Origin: a virus
Virus record (IMG/VR): IMGVR_UViG_3300009509_000001
Span: 32,001 to 96,000 of that record
Length of the DNA stretch: 64,000 nt
Direction: 5' to 3' (one strand)
Positions 62,477-64,000 of the stretch are shown piece by piece. Numbering within the stretch: the first letter of the stretch is position 1; each line of letters starts with the position of its first letter. The position numbers were made by a program, and so were the translations under genes. A model generated the notes under the pieces. The model saw only the letters and a program-made list of their open reading frames with translations. It was not told the DNA's origin and did not search any database.

Positions 62477-63775
62477 TTACTTATTGTCCTCGAGAATGCC
62501 AAGGCACTCCGAAAGAAGCTCGTCGCGTACCTCCTGGCTGTTTACTTTTATCGGCCCGGCTCCCCTTGTACCGATCCGCTGCCATTCGAGCATGGCTTCC
62601 TTTTCAGGGTACTCCACCAGCCTGTATCCGAGCCGGTGTATCATGTTGGTGAACGGCACTTCACTCATTCCCTCGTGTGCGCTTACACCACGTCGGTCCG
62701 TGATTCGCCAATGCGGCAATATCGGGTATTGCAGGTCCTCGGCAATGGTCTGCTCCCGAACCTTGTACAGTATCTCTCTGGTGGTCACTCCGACGCCGCC
62801 GGAGCAGTGGGGCGCTCCCGGATGCCCTATGCCACCGCACATGCCGACGAATCCGATCTGCTGGCCACCTATTCGTATCATGGTCTCGAGTGCGATCTTG
62901 AACACATTGTCGGCAAGCTGTATGCAGTCGTCCTCCACGAAGAACCAGGAGTCGTACGCATGGTGTAACGTGCGGAAGGCATGATCATAGGCCCCGAACG
63001 ATATGCCGATATTCGGCCGCTCCAGCACGTATATCCGACCGTTCGGCGTCTCCTGACCATGCATACTGTAAAGGAAGTCCATGTTTGCCTTGAACGCGGC
63101 ATCGTCCAATATCGGATCATTGGCAAGCGGATAGTTATGAACGAGCAACGTATCCACCGGCATTCCCTGGTCAAGCGTCAGCTCCTTGGCACAGGTGCAC
63201 TTCAGCACGTTCAGGTAGTCCGCTATGGTCTTCGGCGGCTCCCGCCTGGTGCCTGCCCAGCACGCAATGACCTTGGCACTCCTGCCCGTGTGTCGCGGTA
63301 TCGGATCGGACACGTCCAGCCGCACACCAACGTCGATGTCGGTGGTGTCGGTCTCGTAGAATCCTACGTGCTTGTCCACTTTAAGCGCCCGCACATTCTC
63401 GTGCAGCACCCTTCCCGTGAACGCCTGCAGTCCCATGTCGCGGCCGATCTCGCGCAGGGCTTTGTATGCCTTCCACACGTGTCCTTTGCCACGGGCGCTG
63501 GGGGCTATGTCCATCCCTATGCTCATGGTGCGGTTGACGACGTCCTTATGGCCCGTACGCACATAGCCGACGAACTCGCCGGAATCGCCGTCCTCGATGG
63601 CCAGCCATTCAGGTCGATCCGTCCTGAACCACTCGACGGCCTGCTCGATGGTGTAGGCTTCCTGTGTATGCAGCCACTTCAAAGTGTCCTCATGGTTACG
63701 AATCTCGAGCACGGCCGGAAGATCCTGCTCAGTAAGTTCACGAAATCGTACACTGACGCCCATCACAGTCCCCAC
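62477..63775 (-). CDS. GNAT N-acetyltransferase (PseH/RimL-like) fused to a GT-A-like domain
   Basis: FRELTEQDL..VLEIRN...ARGKG...N.RAL....GF; C-terminal NIGISFGAY...WFFVEDD. Confidence 0.7.
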   Translation of the reverse strand: MGTVMGVSVRFRELTEQDLPAVLEIRNHEDTLKWLHTQEAYTIEQAVEWFRTDRPEWLAIEDGDSGEFVGYVRTGHKDVVNRTMSIGMDIAPSARGKGHVWKAYKALREIGRDMGLQAFTGRVLHENVRALKVDKHVGFYETDTTDIDVGVRLDVSDPIPRHTGRSAKVIACWAGTRREPPKTIADYLNVLKCTCAKELTLDQGMPVDTLLVHNYPLANDPILDDAAFKANMDFLYSMHGQETPNGRIYVLERPNIGISFGAYDHAFRTLHHAYDSWFFVEDDCIQLADNVFKIALETMIRIGGQQIGFVGMCGGIGHPGAPHCSGGVGVTTREILYKVREQTIAEDLQYPILPHWRITDRRGVSAHEGMSEVPFTNMIHRLGYRLVEYPEKEAMLEWQRIGTRGAGPIKVNSQEVRDELLSECLGILEDNK

Positions 63776-64000
63776 TCGTTTATGGTTTTCACAACATGGT
63801 CACGATCGCTGACGGTGAGCCACCATCCGACGGGTATGGAAATCTGACGGTCGTAAAACATGGAGACGCCTGGAAGATCTCGCGAGTACTGACTGAACGC
63901 CGTGAACTCGTCGTTGCGTCGATGCACGGGGCTCGTCGCTATGCCGGCATCCTCCATATGGGTCTGGAACGCCTGTTTATCGTCTACAAGTATGGTGTAA
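63763..64000 (-). CDS. DegT/DnrJ/EryC1/StrS-family sugar aminotransferase, C-terminal part (partial)
   Basis: The frame extends to the window edge: YTILVDD...GIATSPVH.RND...LPG...ISIPVGWWL..D...VV..I. Confidence 0.7.
   Translation of the reverse strand, partial: YTILVDDKQAFQTHMEDAGIATSPVHRRNDEFTAFSQYSRDLPGVSMFYDRQISIPVGWWLTVSDRDHVVKTINEWGL

Noticed and set aside
1-64000. CRISPR array, diversity-generating retroelement, integrase or transposase
   Set aside because: No repeat-spacer periodicity, no reverse transcriptase or recombinase motifs, and no template/variable repeat pair with adenine-specific differences (the MCP copy differs mainly at synonymous sites).
1-64000. Stop-codon reassignment
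   Set aside because: Conserved genes (RNAP, thyA, ssb, MCP) are full length under the standard code, and TAA, TAG and TGA all end genes.

Overview
A 64-kb segment of a large, GC-rich (roughly 60% by eye) tailed-phage genome. Essentially every real gene is on the minus strand; the long + strand ORFs are codon-bias shadows. In transcription order (right to left) it contains: (1) the end of an amino-sugar/glycosylation cluster (DegT-type aminotransferase, GNAT, multi-domain glycosyltransferase-methyltransferase fusions); (2) a regulatory/ncRNA locus with a sigma70-like promoter, a DnaA-box-like 11-bp array and two CCA-ending tRNA-like RNAs whose anticodon loops are replaced by structured inserts; (3) an accessory region with a DUF2589-like pair, a Tad1/Acb2-type anti-defence sponge fusion, MmcB-like nuclease, HD protein, thyA, GNAT, HNH and ssb; (4) a head/ejection module with portal, glycine-zipper internal proteins, a multisubunit RNA polymerase (beta fused to N-terminal beta', separate C-terminal beta'), prohead protease, scaffold and major capsid protein; (5) tail fibre/receptor-binding genes built from repeated LamG-like modules. 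The most unusual observation is four tandem winged-helix-like genes (51.8-54.2 kb) beside the Tad1-like gene. Three carry short, protein-level-conserved copies of this phage's own capsid, portal or tail-fibre segments, and the fourth carries portal/terminase-like motifs: a candidate 'virion-epitope decoy' array. Also notable are the anticodon-less tRNA mimics and about 40 copies of a [LIMV]-x-K-x-A motif that looks like the head-protease cleavage signal. All family assignments come from motif recognition by eye, not from database searches.
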